From Octopus sinensis (lineage: Eukaryota), in assembly GCF_006345805.1 (NCBI RefSeq), contig NC_042998.1, positions 169,446,001-169,510,000 on the forward strand: DNA of 64,000 nt, read 5' to 3'. Below, in pieces: positions 62,725 through 64,000 of this stretch. The notes below the pieces were generated by a model. It was not told the origin of the DNA. It searched no databases and saw only the letters and a program-made list of their open reading frames with translations. A program made the translations under genes and the position numbers. Position 1 is the stretch's first letter. Every line of letters starts with the position of its first letter.

Positions 62725-63147
62725 ATGGCTACCAAATAATTGTCACATATTATATATATATATTTCAGGTAGTTTCATGAAATAAAGTAATAGGTACATG
62801 GTTGACTTGTTACGTGAGTATAGATCATAAGGATGAAGGAAGTGAGGTGTGCAGTTAGTATCTTACAGCTGTTTCAAAAATATTTGCACAGATGGTACAT
62901 TATCCAGCCAAACAAACAGCACCTCACCATATAGCTGTGATCTATTTGCCTCATTAGTACTGCTGTATGACTAGTTACCTTTCAGTTTGCAGGGAAATGC
63001 ATCATCTGTTAATCTGTTCCTGAAACAGTTGCAAGAGACTATCTACATGCCTTCTTTTTTCTTTATGGTTTATCCTCATGTAGCAACTCAGTTCTCATGC
63101 TTAAATATATAAATTTCATAATCTAAACAGATACCAGTTGTTTGCCT

Positions 63148-63195
<48 letters not shown>

Positions 63196-64000
63196 ATTAT
63201 TATATTATTATTATTATTATTATTATCACCATTATTATTATTTCTAATTCTCTCTAAAGAGATGGACTGGCATGTTAACTTGGCGATAACTATTAATACC
63301 CAGTCCTGCTGCCGTAGTCTCCTTTAGAGAAATTTAGAAATAATAATATTTCTATTTTTGAAAACCAGTGGATGTGTTCCACTGAATATATATAAACCTT
63401 TGAACAGACAGTCAACAATGGCGCCTGCTGGGTTCGACTACTCCACATTGATAAAGACCAAATACCCTGAAACTAGTCTCTGGATATCTGAATCAGCATG
63501 GTGAAGTTGATGACTTCCCCTGTTCTAAGGTTATATTGGACACAAGTTTGTGTTTCACATAGCTAGCTAGGGGCAATGGCCTCTTGGAGCTAATCAACGG
63601 CAGCATTCGTCCTATTTTTCTGGACTGCCAAGTTAACTTGGCAATAACTATATGTATATATATATAATTTACAGAAAAATAACTTATATATTGTCCAACC
63701 TGTGGCAGCATTGAAACAGACTTTGATTGATGATGTATGACTTTGATTGATGATGTATCAATCACACAACACAAGAAATTCTGAGTAGTAACGGGGTGAA
63801 AACTCTAAATACTTAATCCATATTGTATAATCCACAAGTATATATGTATGTATTTAGATTCCATAAATATACTTTCTCTCTCCCCTACAATACATTATTA
63901 CCATTATTTCATAGGCAATTGATTATGAACTCTCTTAGATTGAGTTTCCTCAATCTGCACAGACATTCCTCCAATAATCCCTGTCCTCCATTGCCAACTT

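Larger units (their letters stand above)
62523..62755. repeat. Imperfect 233-bp fold-back (two 114-bp arms, 5-nt loop)
   Basis: p pairs with 125278-p; 8 mismatches counted between the arms. Confidence 0.95.

Overview
AT-rich, microsatellite- and SINE-dense metazoan genomic DNA. The repeat families look like those of Octopus/cephalopods (inference from recalled SINE families). I can reconstruct one complete host gene: RINT1 (RAD50-interactor 1/Tip20 family), + strand, 14 coding exons from ATG 9777 to TAA 45069. All intron phases join into a 2364-nt ORF (787 aa). Its intron 4 (26481-27408) carries minor-spliceosome (U12) signals. Upstream is an orphan 96-nt fragment of an ATM kinase-domain exon that keeps its splice donor and sits between two oppositely oriented copies of one SINE family. 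The rest is transposon debris: CR1- and RTE-type LINE fragments, many SINEs, Tc1/mariner relics, a Ty3/Gypsy remnant with a 202-bp LTR, piggyBac-like TTAA MITEs, and Helitrons, including a 187-codon ORF with 23-aa STPR-like repeats from a Rep/helicase N-terminus. The most unusual unannotated signal is a set of minimal type-I hammerhead ribozyme motifs of the Penelope-like-element kind (88-125/252-289, 11798-11837, 12088-12132, 62554-62614/62664-62724, and degenerate ones near 2.2 kb and 46.1 kb). Four fold-back palindromes in the window are each built from two inverted copies of such a ribozyme-bearing segment. No gene could be supported in 45.1-64 kb. Repeat coordinates described as approximate were read by eye.
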